In this document: one piece after another, positions 25,901 through 37,687 of the stretch
How positions within the stretch are numbered: position 1 is the stretch's first letter
Layout: each line of letters opens with the position of its first letter
Notes under the pieces: model-generated
What the model saw: the letters and a program-made list of their open reading frames with translations, nothing else
Database searches by the model: none
What the model was told of the DNA's origin: nothing
Program-made: the position numbers and the translations under genes
Assembly: GCA_973895155.1 (NCBI GenBank)
Contig: OZ316899.1
Coordinates: 3,307,455-3,371,454 of the forward strand
Reading direction: 5' to 3'
DNA length: 64,000 bases
DNA from: Marsupella aquatica
Taxonomy: Eukaryota; Plantae; Marchantiophyta

Positions 25901-26934
25901 GAAGAGATAGCAATTAACTATAATCACACTGGCAACATCTGGGACAGATCTACTGTATTATTGGATAGCATATTTGCATACCAAATCTCACAAGCGATAA
26001 TAGCAGACTTACCTGATCCCATGACCATCAATGAAGCACGCCAACAAAAAGACTGGCCAGAATGGCAAATTGCAATCAACTCTGAACTCGACTCCTTGAT
26101 CTCACGATTGGCCCGATTAAACCAGCTCCGCCGGAAGTTCACCTCACGGGCTACAAATGGACATTCATCAAAAAGAGGAATGCCGAGGGAGCGATTGTGA
26201 GATACAAAGCCAGATTAGTAGCCAGAGGATTCACACAAATCCCAGGCAGAGACTATGACCAAACTTACTCACCGGTCATGGACGTGATAATGTACAAATA
26301 CCTAATAGCATTCGCCATACACCATAAACTTATAATGCATCAACTGGACATAGTGACAGCTTTCCTATACGGTCACCTTGATACTATGATCTATATGGAA
26401 GCCCCTCCTGAACTTATAACCAGAGTAAACTACCACATTGAGGGGGAGAAGGGGCATCCAGACACAAACACTATGAGCGAAGGCCCTTTTGGCCACACAA
26501 ACAAAACAGTGTTATACAACACTGCAAAAGCAATAGGATGGCGAGCTTCTACTAAGCCCAAACTGAATGAGAAAGCACTTCATGCAAGAACTCGTTTCGC
26601 TGTCCAGGTCCTCCGATCCATGTATGGCCTGAAGCAGAGTGGACGCACCTGGTATAAACATTTCAAACATGAGATGTTGGCCATGGGTTTCAAGACATCA
26701 GACATCACCCCCTGCCTATTCATTAAACATGAAGGACATGAAATAATCATTGTGGCCATCTACGTGGACGATCTAAACTTATTTGGCACAAAAAGGATCC
26801 TACATGACACAATTAAACAGCTGAATAGGGTATTTGAAACCATAGATCTAGGCAGAACTGCATTCTGCCTCGGACTGTAGTTCGAACACCTTATGAGTGG
26901 AGTATTCCTCCACCAATCAACTTATACCTGCAGG
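22994..26934 (+). pseudogene. gag-pol: copia gag-protease-integrase-RT, fragmented
   Basis: DGSNFLSWTLDVEAHL and ARHDWINL (Bianca-type gag); ILDSGTSH (PR); WHRRLGHPG...CLAC; RVDNAGEF (INT); YKARLVARGF, GLKQSGR and YVDD (RT). Confidence 0.93.
24427..24799. mobile_element. 373-bp non-autonomous TIR element related to the 26935-37679 transposon
   Basis: 8-bp TSD CTCCACAA (24419-24426 and 24800-24807); ends resemble those of the large element; CTGTTACCAG subterminal repeats; AGCGCCGGGCGCT at 24613. Confidence 0.85.
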
Positions 26935-27684
26935 GGGTATGATAGCCACGACAGAAAACAGAAAACAGAAAACCTGTTACCAGGGGTTTATTTTCTGTTA
27001 ACAGGGAAATTGTACCTGTTACCAATAAGCTTGTCCCTGTTACCAGTTTTGCCTGAACCATAACGTGCATATCCACCACTGTAAGGTGCATATCCACCAC
27101 TCTAATGGCATAATTTTTTGGGGGGCAATAAAGTTTAAAACAAACAATTATTTTGTGCCATCCGATGGATGAAGTGTACTATCAATCCTCCATTGACACA
27201 ACAATTTATTGTAGAAGATAAAAAACATGGTATTAGGAGTGTGCCTAAAGAAACATTCATGCAAATCAATCTATTTTCATCGCCAAATAGTGACCCTTAG
27301 AGTGGGACCCACCATAGCACATGTCAATCGTGGAGTCCAAATGAACCCAATCTAAAGGAGTTGATTAAATGGACCTTGTAACGTCACAAACAAATGACAA
27401 ATCACATCCTCGAGGCTTTGAAGACAGTAGACAATTTAATCAACTTACACATTTTAAATAAAACAAGAGGTCATTCTTCCACAATGCAAGTACATAATGA
27501 AGCAATGAATATCCGGTTTCCTAGAACCAGCGCCCGGCGCTAACCAACAAAGTCTCAATAAAACAACTAAAATATCCGTTGGAAAAAGACAAAATAGGGA
27601 ATAACCGTTATATTGAACGACGACCTATTGGGCAGTTTCGATCTCTCTCATAAGCCATTCAAGTTCTGCCTCTCCAGCACAAGC

Positions 27685-30600
27685 CTAACTTAAAGTCAAA
27701 ATAGGTTGGCTACAAAGAGTCGACTCCTCAATCTCAAGTTTGAAAACATTTATGTACACCCAGTATAGATGTTTGCAAGGCATGTACGACTTGCCACGCG
27801 AATGTCGGAGGAAGAAGTCTTCACAAGAGCAAGCGGGGAAGATACAGATTTGGACGAAGTATGTGCTTGGTGATCGATGGTTCTCATGGGTTCGAATTCG
27901 AAATTGCTTTCCAAAAGCATTTCCGGTCTGAACATTCCATTCCCCATCCAAACTCATCACTTCTTGTCGTGCAGACTCCATTCGCTTCGTGTGACCCACA
28001 GTGAGATTAGACCGAGGCCTTGAGTTCCTCCCATTCCGACTACCAAGTCGGAGATTCGGCTCCAAAAACCTTATTGTTTCTGGGAACACGTTAACATTTA
28101 TCCTGAGGTCAAAAGCAGATGGCGCAGATCGACTCAATCCTGTTGTTCGCGCTAATACAAGTCCTTGCTCTTCCAGGAATGTAATTTTAGAAGGAGACAG
28201 GCTCGTACCCTTCAGAACAGGCAAAATGTCAGGAAAAGGAGGAAGCTTCTGAACACCACGACGCGGATGACTCTTGTAACACGCTTGGTTCGGGCAAAAC
28301 CAAATCATTTCGGAGATGGGTTCGCCCTTGAAGAGACGATGGCCCTTCACGACAATTCCGACAACACCTTCAGACGAATGGAAGCCAACCTTCTTGATAC
28401 GATTTCGACACTCATCGCGATCCGAACTCCCATTCAGTGTACCATTGCATTGCGGACCTGCTCCATACTTCGATGTCCGTCGCAACTGCCACTGCCCCGG
28501 AGGGACATCCTCGTGGAAGTTGATTATGAAGTGTTGCTGGGGCACTGAGCGGAGGTTTTGAGGATCTTGTTGTTCGGGTTGTTTGAGGAGTATAGTCCAG
28601 TGAATCAGTATCACTCTCTGATGTGACCATACCTGAGAGATTCACCACCTTTGTGACAGGATGATCAGAACTTGAGGGAATAGAAGAAAAGTCAGTTCTG
28701 TTCAGGTTCTTCCTTTTCAAACCACGAGTATTTGGTGTGGTTATTAGAACGGTGTCATGCCGATGGGAATCTTGTGGAGAGACAGTCCCAGTTGCATGTC
28801 CCTTCCTCTTCATTGACTTCGTCATTATATCTCCATTCAGGGGAGTACTTCTTTCCAAATCGAATTCTGCTGCGTTAGATAGAAGCATATTAGTCGCTTC
28901 TTCAAACAATCTTGGCGAACCTGCTTGATTGGCGGAACGGAACGCCAATTCCCATATAGTTGGCCCCTTCCCCCGGTTCAAGCCTTTACGGTATGCACTG
29001 TATCCGGCAACTTGAGACAGAGCACGGTTTTGGTCAACTTCGCAAGCTTCATAAAGACCGACCTTTTTCTTTGTAGCCGAGGCTTTCATGGACGCATGCC
29101 TTGATTCTGACCCTGTACAGTTGGGGATCAAGGCACCTTCCTCAGCGCTTTTGCTCTGCCATACAAAAATGTCAACCGTAAGTAGTATTCTATTACCAGC
29201 GCCCGGCGCTGGCAACATAAATATGTAGAACAGGCCTGAAATACAATTTCAATGTTTAATACTGAATTCTAACTACATATTGGCTTCAATTTCTTGTACT
29301 ACTTGTTTTGACGTGTATGGAGAAAATAACCAGCGCCTGGCGCTAATATGAAGTTGATGAACATTACAGTCTAGATAGATGGATGCCTTACCACTCGAAT
29401 AAAATTGCCCCACTGGCGCCAGCGAACAACCCACCAAGATATCCAGCTTTGCAGCATCTTCAGCTTTCCGGGGACACAGTTTCCTGATTGCCACCACACA
29501 ACAATCTCTCGGGACACCCGGTATGCTGCCACAAATGATGGAGCATTTCTCAGTTTCTCCCAAAGTCTCCGATGCTCCGATTGACATTCTTCCAGTACTC
29601 CTTCCTTGGAATGACAATGAAAAGATTGATAAAAGTGAAATGCATCAGAGCGCTCCCTCTCCGGGTCCGAGTGTCCACCAAAAAAAACATTTCGCACTGC
29701 ATTCCATCCAGCTTGTGCATTGTCGGCCATAAATCCTTGGATGACAACCTCCTGAAGTTCATTTTCTTTGCAAACCTCAATCATCACTCTCCATGCCTTT
29801 TCGAAGGACTAAGTGTCTTCACCTTTCAACTCGCATGTGAAAATTGTACACAGTGCACGGAAATTGTGGTCGTAGACGTGTGCGCTGAAAGTAAACCAAT
29901 CCGTGGTGACACGCTGCATCACATCAAAACTTACCCAGGCTCCTTCGAGTCTTCCACCCGGTTGCATCTACCTCAAAAGATCCACACCGGAACCATGACC
30001 TTTCACGGTCATTTTAAAGATGTGAGGCCTATCGTTCTGACATCCCTGACCTGGAAGCAAATACCTCTGGAGAAACGACACATGAATCCTCCTCTGCATT
30101 TGTGAGAGAAAATCTAATTCACCTAACGCTCCGACAAAGAGATGCAAACTTTTGCGGAGTGGAAAGGACAATCAGAGACTTCCATATTTTAGTTTCTTCG
30201 ATATCGACCATGTCGTCAACATGTTCGCAGAGAGATTTCACTAAGGACCCTGTAGCAGAATTCAAGATCCCTGCCGGTTTTGACAGAGGATTGGCTTCAT
30301 GTTTTTTTTTAATTAGATCCTCAGCTATCTTCTCCGCACTCCTACAGAAGGTTTTTCTACCTGGATGGTTGTGCTCACCTATATGAATTGCCAGGCGGGA
30401 CATATGACTGCATGTTTCCGCATCAAGTAATACTTGGGGGTACATGTAAAACAAACGGGCAGGGCAGTACTTCACACAAAAAGGAATCTGTTCGCAGTAA
30501 TGACAAACAACACCTCCCTCTTCGATGAAAGATCCCACAGCATACTGACCACTGAGCTTTGGAGTACCCTGCCATGCCTTAGCATTTGCCTTCTTCTTCC

Positions 30601-31156
30601 TTTGGAAATAGTCGCAGGACTTGTTCCTGCATTCAATGAATCCCGTACAGGTAACCTTCCCAAACTGCCAAAGGTTTTTAGGATGAACAGTTGTAGTTGT
30701 TGGAAATATGCGTGTCCAAATGTAACAATCTTTGGCACAATCCATGTCCCTAAGCCTAGAGCCTTTAGAGAGCATCTTATCAATGGGCGGCAACTCAAAC
30801 ACGACGTTACCATTGTACTTAGTTGGCAGACAGGACACTTGTTCATGCTTGAAATGACCCACTGATATGAACCGTGACAACTCACTATGACCAGTTGATT
30901 TGAGTAACGTATCCATCGCACTGCGCCGGTACACGACCTCCAACTGCTTAGAGCTTCCCGGAGTCTCAGCTTTCACGACAGCAGGGAGCGGGCTTTTCTT
31001 CTTCGACGGTGGACTTAGAGTACGATCTCCATCCTCACTTGAAGAAATCTCAACCACATCACATGGAACCGGAGGGAAACTGGACAGTCCTGCAGCTGTC
31101 TTAAACGAACCGAGTACGAGATCCCTGCGTAGAGATGCCAAAACCGTTATTGTCAA
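27685..31156 (-). pseudogene. MULE-type transposase: GCM/WRKY-like zinc finger, DDE core, C-terminal SWIM finger
   Basis: CTGFIEC...CHYC...CPAR...HIGEHNHP; SFDVMQRV, FMADNAQAGWNAVRNVF, AFHFYQS, SESRHAS; CSCEDF...CKHLYWV. A phase-0 GT-AG intron lies at 29156-29391. Stops at 29968 and 29809; frameshifts near 30140 and 28610. Confidence 0.85.
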
Positions 31157-31849
31157 ATTTTAGTAGCGCCTGGCGCTAACTAAAATACGCCACTAAAAAT
31201 GTGTCTGAAATCTCGACATTCCAAACTAGCGCCCGACGCTAGTATAGAATAAATTCCCTTAAAATGAACATTATGACCACATACCAGGTGGTAATTGGGA
31301 ATAAATGGTGCCTTCAAAGGATGGTTTTGATTGATTATGGATGATAAATGAACATTTATACTAGCGTCGGGCGCTAGTATTACATTTGAGAAATATTTCT
31401 CCGTAAACGATGTACTGAAGGATACTTTAATAAAATATGGGGGTGAAAAGGCCGAAATTTATGTCATAGCTCCTTCAAAAAAGACCTCTAAATTTCTTCC
31501 AGTTTATACTAGCGCCGGGCGCTATTATAAGCATACTCTAAATTGTTCACCTTGATGGTCATCATTAATGCTAGCGCCCGGCGCTAGTATTGATATGATG
31601 TTAGGAAATGTCTTTAACGGTAACATTCAACGGTAACTTATGACTTCCGTGTGTGTTACGCATCTTCTACCGTTTGATTTTGGTAATTAAACCTTCCGTA
31701 TACAGACGTTGGAAACCGCCAAACATCAGAGCTAATGGCTTTCCTCTAGGTTATGTCATCCTCCCGCTAGAATATATTACACGTTCAGAGATGATTATAG
31801 TTCCATAATTTCATTGTACGATAGTTCGTACGCTTCTAGAAGGAAGACG

Positions 31850-34800
31850 ATGGAGGTATTCCCCTCTTCTTCCAGAGGGTATAGTGTGGTTCCTGACCAG
31901 GAGCGAGCTTATTCTGAATCTTCGCAGTCTTCGTTTACTGGTTCAGTCTATACACGTCGTGTAACTCGTTCCTCAAAGTTGTTGCCGCTCACTTCTGTCA
32001 GCGGTGTTTTGGGTCCAAATCCTTTGCAAAGAAAGATGGACAACGTAGACATAATTGCGATCCAGGATGTTGCGGATTGCGCGCTTGCTGAGACTGATCT
32101 CATTTCGAAGCATGTCATGTCTTTTGGAAAGGATTCTCGTGGATTTGACAAGGAGCCACCTTGAATCCCTCTGTGTCGATTGGTTCACATGGAGGTGGTT
32201 CGTACTCTGCAGAAAGACAGCTCTTCCATCGAGAAGCTGAAAGACTCTTTTCGTAGTATGGGTTACAACTCTTCGATAGGGATGCGTTTCTATGTGCAGC
32301 CAACGGATGAGAACGGAATTGTTCTGACCTGTACCCAGGACATTCGTGATTCATGGGATCCAATATGGCAATTGGAGAACAAGAAGTTTGAGGCTGAATG
32401 CGAGGCTGACCCGGATTTTCTCGTCTTGAAGGATAAGATGTTCTCTGTATTCGATGGAAATCACAGGCTGTACTCCTGGACGCTTGTAACAGAGGAGAAC
32501 CCGGACAATCCAAAATATCATCCTCGTGTGCTCTGTACAATATTTAAAGGAGACAAGGGATCTCTCATTGAAATTGAGGCAGCTATGCACACCGTGAATC
32601 AGTAAGTTCTCATGATTTCCAGTTCTTTCTTTAAATCTTGCGAGTGCTGTATTTACTAGCGCTCGGCGCTGCTTATACATGAATTGTTTTTCATTGACTC
32701 TTACTCTCAACGTTTGTTCGTGTAGGCTTGGCCAAGCAGTTGTAGAGCCTTCCTGGATCCTGGATGCGGACAGAATCAAACGAATTCTGGCGCATGACCT
32801 TGAGTATTACAGTAAACTGATTGACCCGGGTAATTTCAAGAAGTTTGAAAGCATTCGGCTGAAAACTCGGAAGGGGTCATGGTATACGAAGAAGATGCCA
32901 CAAGAAGCACTTGTTTACATTCTTTGTGAGAATAAGATAAAGTCGTACTCGCATCAATTCAAACTCGACATGGAGGCAGCGGAGGCTCAAGGGAGTCCAT
33001 GGTCGGCGGACGAGATTTCAAAACGGCATGCGGCCATGATGAAAGACGCAACCAAAGATTGGGCAGTGAAGTCTTCAAAAATTACGCCCTTATTAAGTCA
33101 TGAATTTGAAGATTTCCTCAGTACATGTGCAGAAATGTATGCTATCACAGAGAGAAACAAGAGAGAGAAGAAGCCTGACACCGTTGTATGTACGATGGAC
33201 CGCGCACGATTGTTCACCGCTGTTTCTGCTCTAGACCCAAAGTTACGAAGCACTTTACTTGTGGCACATTGCAATCCTGAGCTGCGGAGACAGTTTTTTC
33301 ACCCAGCAAGTGTTAACGATGATCCAGTCAAACAGTGGTGCCACACTTGGATCACTTGGAATAGTGTGGAGGGAATTGCTGCTGGCATGTTACATTCATG
33401 TCTACGTGAAGTTGAGCAAACCATGCCCGCGAATAGATTGGAAGAGTGGAATTGTAGTTCGTTTGATGATCTAGTTCAGTTTGTTACAAATGAATTCAAG
33501 AGATTTGGTGATTCCGTGAAGAATAAGTTCTTTCACACTATGTGGCCTTCAAAGTACCCTGACAAAGAAGATTACACCCAGAGAAACCAGAAGCGAGCGA
33601 AGAGGTTTGTGTATAGGTTCTACATGCACATGGAGGTAACCAAACCTAATTACTTCTGGGCATATCCTGCAGCTTTTATGAAGTGGATTTCAATAAGTGA
33701 AGATGATGCCTTGGCTGATTTGTACTCTATGTACCCCACGGAGGGCATATTTCCTCTGAGACCAATGACAGAATGGGAGAGAACTCACTGCCCCTGGTAT
33801 CTAGATACAGATAGATGGGATTCTCCTTTTGATCAAAGGGAAAAAGATGCCTTCCATAAGCTTTCAAAGTCTCAGATACCAGCAAAACTTGTGTCCGACA
33901 TGAAGCAGGGTCTACTTGACGATGTAGACAAGTCTGCCACAAACTTGCAAACTATCTGTGAAACAACTGTTGTGCATGTGGACCGGAGTCGCAAACCTCG
34001 CGCGAAAGCCAAAGCGGAGCTAGCAGCACCGAGCGAGTCTACTAAATCTGGAAAGAAGAGTAAGTATTGCTATCCATGATTTTGCCAGCGCCAGGCACTG
34101 GCAAAAAATATTCTGTTGAGGGTATTCTCTTTCTTGGTTATTAGGCTTCGGTTGCGACTTAAGTGAATTGCATTTGGTTAGCGCCAGGCGCTAGCTTCTT
34201 TCAATACTTTAAAAGTACTTATTCTAACTACGACCTGGTTATATTTTAGGAGGGAGGAAGTCTAATACGGTGGGAACGGGAGATACTAAAAAGGATGCTA
34301 CACCTGAAGTTTCCGAGGCAAACACGGGAGCTCGATCGGACCCCATTACTCCAGTCGACAAAGGGAAGGTTATAGTTCCTATCGACGCCACGAGTACCAG
34401 GAAGAAACGAAAGAGAGCTGTCGAAGGTGGACAATCTTTAAGGGAGAGTGTTATAGCTTCTGGTTTCCAACGTGAAGTTGGAAACTTCAAAACAACTGTG
34501 TCTCGCCATCGCATGGTTGAGACAAGCCTTTCTGAATTTTTTGACTCGACGTTCAACAAGGAGGAGAAGCCCGAGTGGGTTAGTGATGTGGAGAAATGGG
34601 GAAAAGACCTCGTTAAGTTGGGATTTAAAGAGAAGGGAGTTGTTCGGGGGGGAAAAGTAAGATCGTTTGGAGTGGATGCCGGCTTCATTTACCTACCGAC
34701 CGGGTTCAAACCATCTATCATTGATAAGAAGGTTCCTAAATGGAACATTCCAGATCACTCAATGGCGAGATCTTTTTTCAAATCCATGGATCCATTTTTA

Positions 34801-35460
34801 TCAGATGATGGGTTCCTTGTAATTCTACACAATGGGGAGTACGATCCCATGTCGCAAGTCATTGCTGCCTGTCAGGAGTCAAGGAAATTTCAGTGTATAT
34901 GCTCGCATAATGTTGTGATGTCTGACCCGATGTATGCGGCAAAGACAAACCAAGAGATGTTTACCCTCAGGCTCGACATATTTGGCGGAATTAATGGGAA
35001 ATGTAAAATTCCCAAAGACCCCAAATTTCGGCCGCTGTCCATCAGTGAGGACCCTTCGGTTACCAATTTGATCGGACTCTCTTCGCTCAAATCAAATCCA
35101 TTCCCGCAAATGGAGTTTGCTGGAAATGCTCATCTGTCTGTGGGTTTTATGCAATCTGTTATAGAGCTTGTCACACGGCCTCGTGATATTTTTATGGATT
35201 GGACTGCTGGGGTTGGAGGCTCTTACATTGCTGGCGACTTCTCTGGATGATTTGTACTCGGGATAGAACACCGGAAAGAATTTATTGAAACCGCTTCAAA
35301 GGTTTTCATGGATTTGTTGTCTCCCAAAGAGATTGCAGTGTTACCTCCACCTGTTCCTACTGCCGACAGAAAAAAGAGAGATAAGCTTCGGTCGGTTCTC
35401 AATTTTGATTCTGATGATGAATCGAGTGAAGGTGGAGAGGAACAAGGTACAAGAAACTGA
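31850..35460 (+). pseudogene. spliced ParB-like domain + helical region + beta-class DNA methyltransferase-fold fusion gene
   Basis: IPLCRLV...VRTL...KLKDSF...GY...VFDGNHRLYSW (ParB-like); introns 32602-32725 and 34060-34249 keep the frame; VDAGFIYLPT...FFKSMDPFLSDDGFLVIL...IELVTRPRDIFMDWTAGVGG...G*FVLGIE (MTase fold); in-frame TGA at 32162 and 35248. Confidence 0.8.
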
Positions 35461-35587
35461 GGAGGAAAAGGGAGAGCGTCGTGCAGCTGCAGATGAAACC
35501 GATAGGGATGACTCTTCCGAGTAATGTTCATAAACTCGTAAGCTTCTTTCTCCATTCCCGTCAATTCATAATATTTCTTTTGTTGTT

Positions 35588-35938
35588 TTGGGGAAAGGTG
35601 CCTTACAAAATGGACTTTGTTATATCAGGTCAGAGTGGAATGCAAGGAGACGATTCAAACTGCGGAGGAAGATCGCGAGACACAACGTAGAAACACCGGA
35701 AAAACCGTTTGTTCTTCCCTCCTATGCAGAGAAAGCCGCAAGGAAAGCAGAAAGTGCAAGGACACTTTGCTGGGAAAACAAAGGTCTTCGGTTACGAAGG
35801 GGTGTTGACCGAAAGTTCATTAAACATCCTTATGTTGATGACTTCTCCCGCAGCCAGTACGTAGATGATGAGGCTGTGTCCACGGACAGATTCCAGAGTA
35901 CAGATTCTGGTTCCGACTCAGAATCTTCGGAACCGTGA
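35588..35938 (+). CDS. small orphan ORF or exon inside the MULE
   Basis: ORF track only; basic N-half and acidic Ser-rich tail; no recognised motif. Confidence 0.25.
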   Translation: MGKGALQNGLCYIRSEWNARRRFKLRRKIARHNVETPEKPFVLPSYAEKAARKAESARTLCWENKGLRLRRGVDRKFIKHPYVDDFSRSQYVDDEAVSTDRFQSTDSGSDSESSEP

Positions 35939-36428
35939 GAAGTAGTGGGTAGTTGAGGCTAAATCTTTTAGCAGCGCCCGGCGCTTGTAACAAGTGTATT
36001 ATTTCCCTCTGCTGAGGGTCCTTTGAAATTGTTGATTTCTCTCTACTTGTTGATTACTTTTGACTTCTGTTCTTTACAAGCGCCTGGCGCTCGCCAAATG
36101 GAATCTCTAAATGGCCGTTTAGTCAGTCGTCGGAAAACCGTTGGGGACCATAGTTTAGGGACCGGGCGGAAGGGACGACTATAGTTTCCGTTTAGGTTTG
36201 TTCGGGACGACGAGAGTTGGGGACGTCGATAGTTGAGGACGATGATAGTTTCGGGAAGACGATAGAACGGGACGTTAGAGTAGGGCGAGAGAACGGGACG
36301 ATACCTATTACCAAGGCGAAGATAGTTTCGGGAGGCAATAGAATGGGACGATGATAGTTTGATGGTCGTTTCGGAATGGTAGTGTACGCGGACCTTTATC
36401 TGGCGTCTTAGTCTTCGCGGACCTTTCT

Positions 36429-36971
36429 TTGACCTTTGTCGGCTATAGCACTCGCGGACGACGTTCTTACGGGAGGAGAGGTTACATATTAGATCGGGAT
36501 CTTTGGAACATGGCGAGTCAGTATGAGCCAATGGATTGGGAGGCAGCTTTTCGTCCTTCTCGTGTGCATCCAGAAGAGAGCCATTTCAGCTCTTTTGAAT
36601 CGCGGATGGAGACTGAAGAAACTGAAACTTCCACTTTTCGGAACCGTCATGCTCTCCCATATGATGAGGCTATTAGTCCTGGAGAGAAGAACATCCCTTG
36701 GATTGTTGATTCCCCTACGCCTCCGTTCTCTAGTCGGTTTTCGTCTCACTCGGGAGTTCTTGTTGATGGGGTACTCCCAATCGATCGAAGAGTACAAGAA
36801 ATGTTCGGGCGAGTTGATTTTAAGGACAGTAATATTCCTAATGAACATTTTACGAGGGCTGTTCGTCAAGGACCTTCAGAGAGATACGTTCGTTTGCGTG
36901 GTCTCGGCTTCAAGAAAGATCGGCGGAGAGAAGCAGCAGGAGTGGATGATGATTGCAACTCAGAAAGCTAG
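36429..36971 (+). CDS. small orphan ORF inside the MULE
   Basis: 180-codon open frame with an ATG at MASQYEP; no recognised motif. Confidence 0.3.
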   Translation: MTFVGYSTRGRRSYGRRGYILDRDLWNMASQYEPMDWEAAFRPSRVHPEESHFSSFESRMETEETETSTFRNRHALPYDEAISPGEKNIPWIVDSPTPPFSSRFSSHSGVLVDGVLPIDRRVQEMFGRVDFKDSNIPNEHFTRAVRQGPSERYVRLRGLGFKKDRRREAAGVDDDCNSES

Positions 36972-37687
36972 ATGGAAATTTCGTTTTGCTGATCGCTTAA
37001 GCTAGCGCCGGGCGCTGCTAAAGTTTTCCGGATTTTGTGGCATTGAAGTCGACCTCAGCTCTGGTGTTAGGGTTTTCCCGGTTGTCTACTATTTAGGTTT
37101 TGGCTAGCGCCGGGCGCTATTGAAACGACAACGGATTTTGTGGGAGGGAATGGATCTTGACTATGTTGTCTGGGTTTGGATGCATCTTGTCTCCAAGAAA
37201 CGACTAGTTTTCTAGTTAGTTTTTGGCTAGCGCCGAGCGCTGTTCATGTATTAGTCGAAAACCTCCGACGGTGTCGACCGTGACTTCATGGATGGGATTT
37301 TTAGGCCAGATTGTTGATGTTGATAACTGCATTTTGTATCACTTAAGCCGAGCGCGTTTTCTATTTTGCGATAATATATGCGAATGTTTTTTCCGGCCTT
37401 TCTTTTCTACTTGTATTTGTCTTGGATTTTGTGTATCTCAATTGGCAGCCGTCTTTTATGTTTCAAAAAATTGTTCCCGTGTTGTTCTTTTATTTATCAC
37501 GAGGGTTTGGTGGTTTTGTTTTCTATTCTTGTACTTTCAAATGGAGATTTTGAGACCTTTTTTTAAGATCACTGTTCACGACCATCCAAACACTGTTCAC
37601 TGGTAACAGCTCCTTTTAACTGGTACCAGAATCTGTTTCCTGTTACTGTTATCTGTTTGCTGTCGTTTGTAAATTCCCCCCTGCAGG

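Larger units (their letters stand above)
26935..37679. mobile_element. 10.7-kb Mutator-like (MULE-related) DNA transposon with two divergent genes
   Basis: 8-bp TSD CCTGCAGG (26927-26934 and 37680-37687); removing the insert restores copia RT YTCR|MLKQF; imperfect 34-bp TIRs (25/34); CTGTTACCAG repeats at 26974, 27016, 27037 and inverted at 37600. Confidence 0.9.

Noticed and set aside
31165-31585. CRISPR array or REP-like reading of the palindrome cluster
   Set aside because: The repeats are only 13-17 bp, the spacing is irregular (about 60-150 bp), there are no cas genes, and the context is a eukaryotic TE.
31850-35460. Bacterial contamination as the source of the ParB/MTase ORFs
   Set aside because: The gene has frame-preserving GT-AG introns and lies inside a TSD-flanked element nested in a plant copia.
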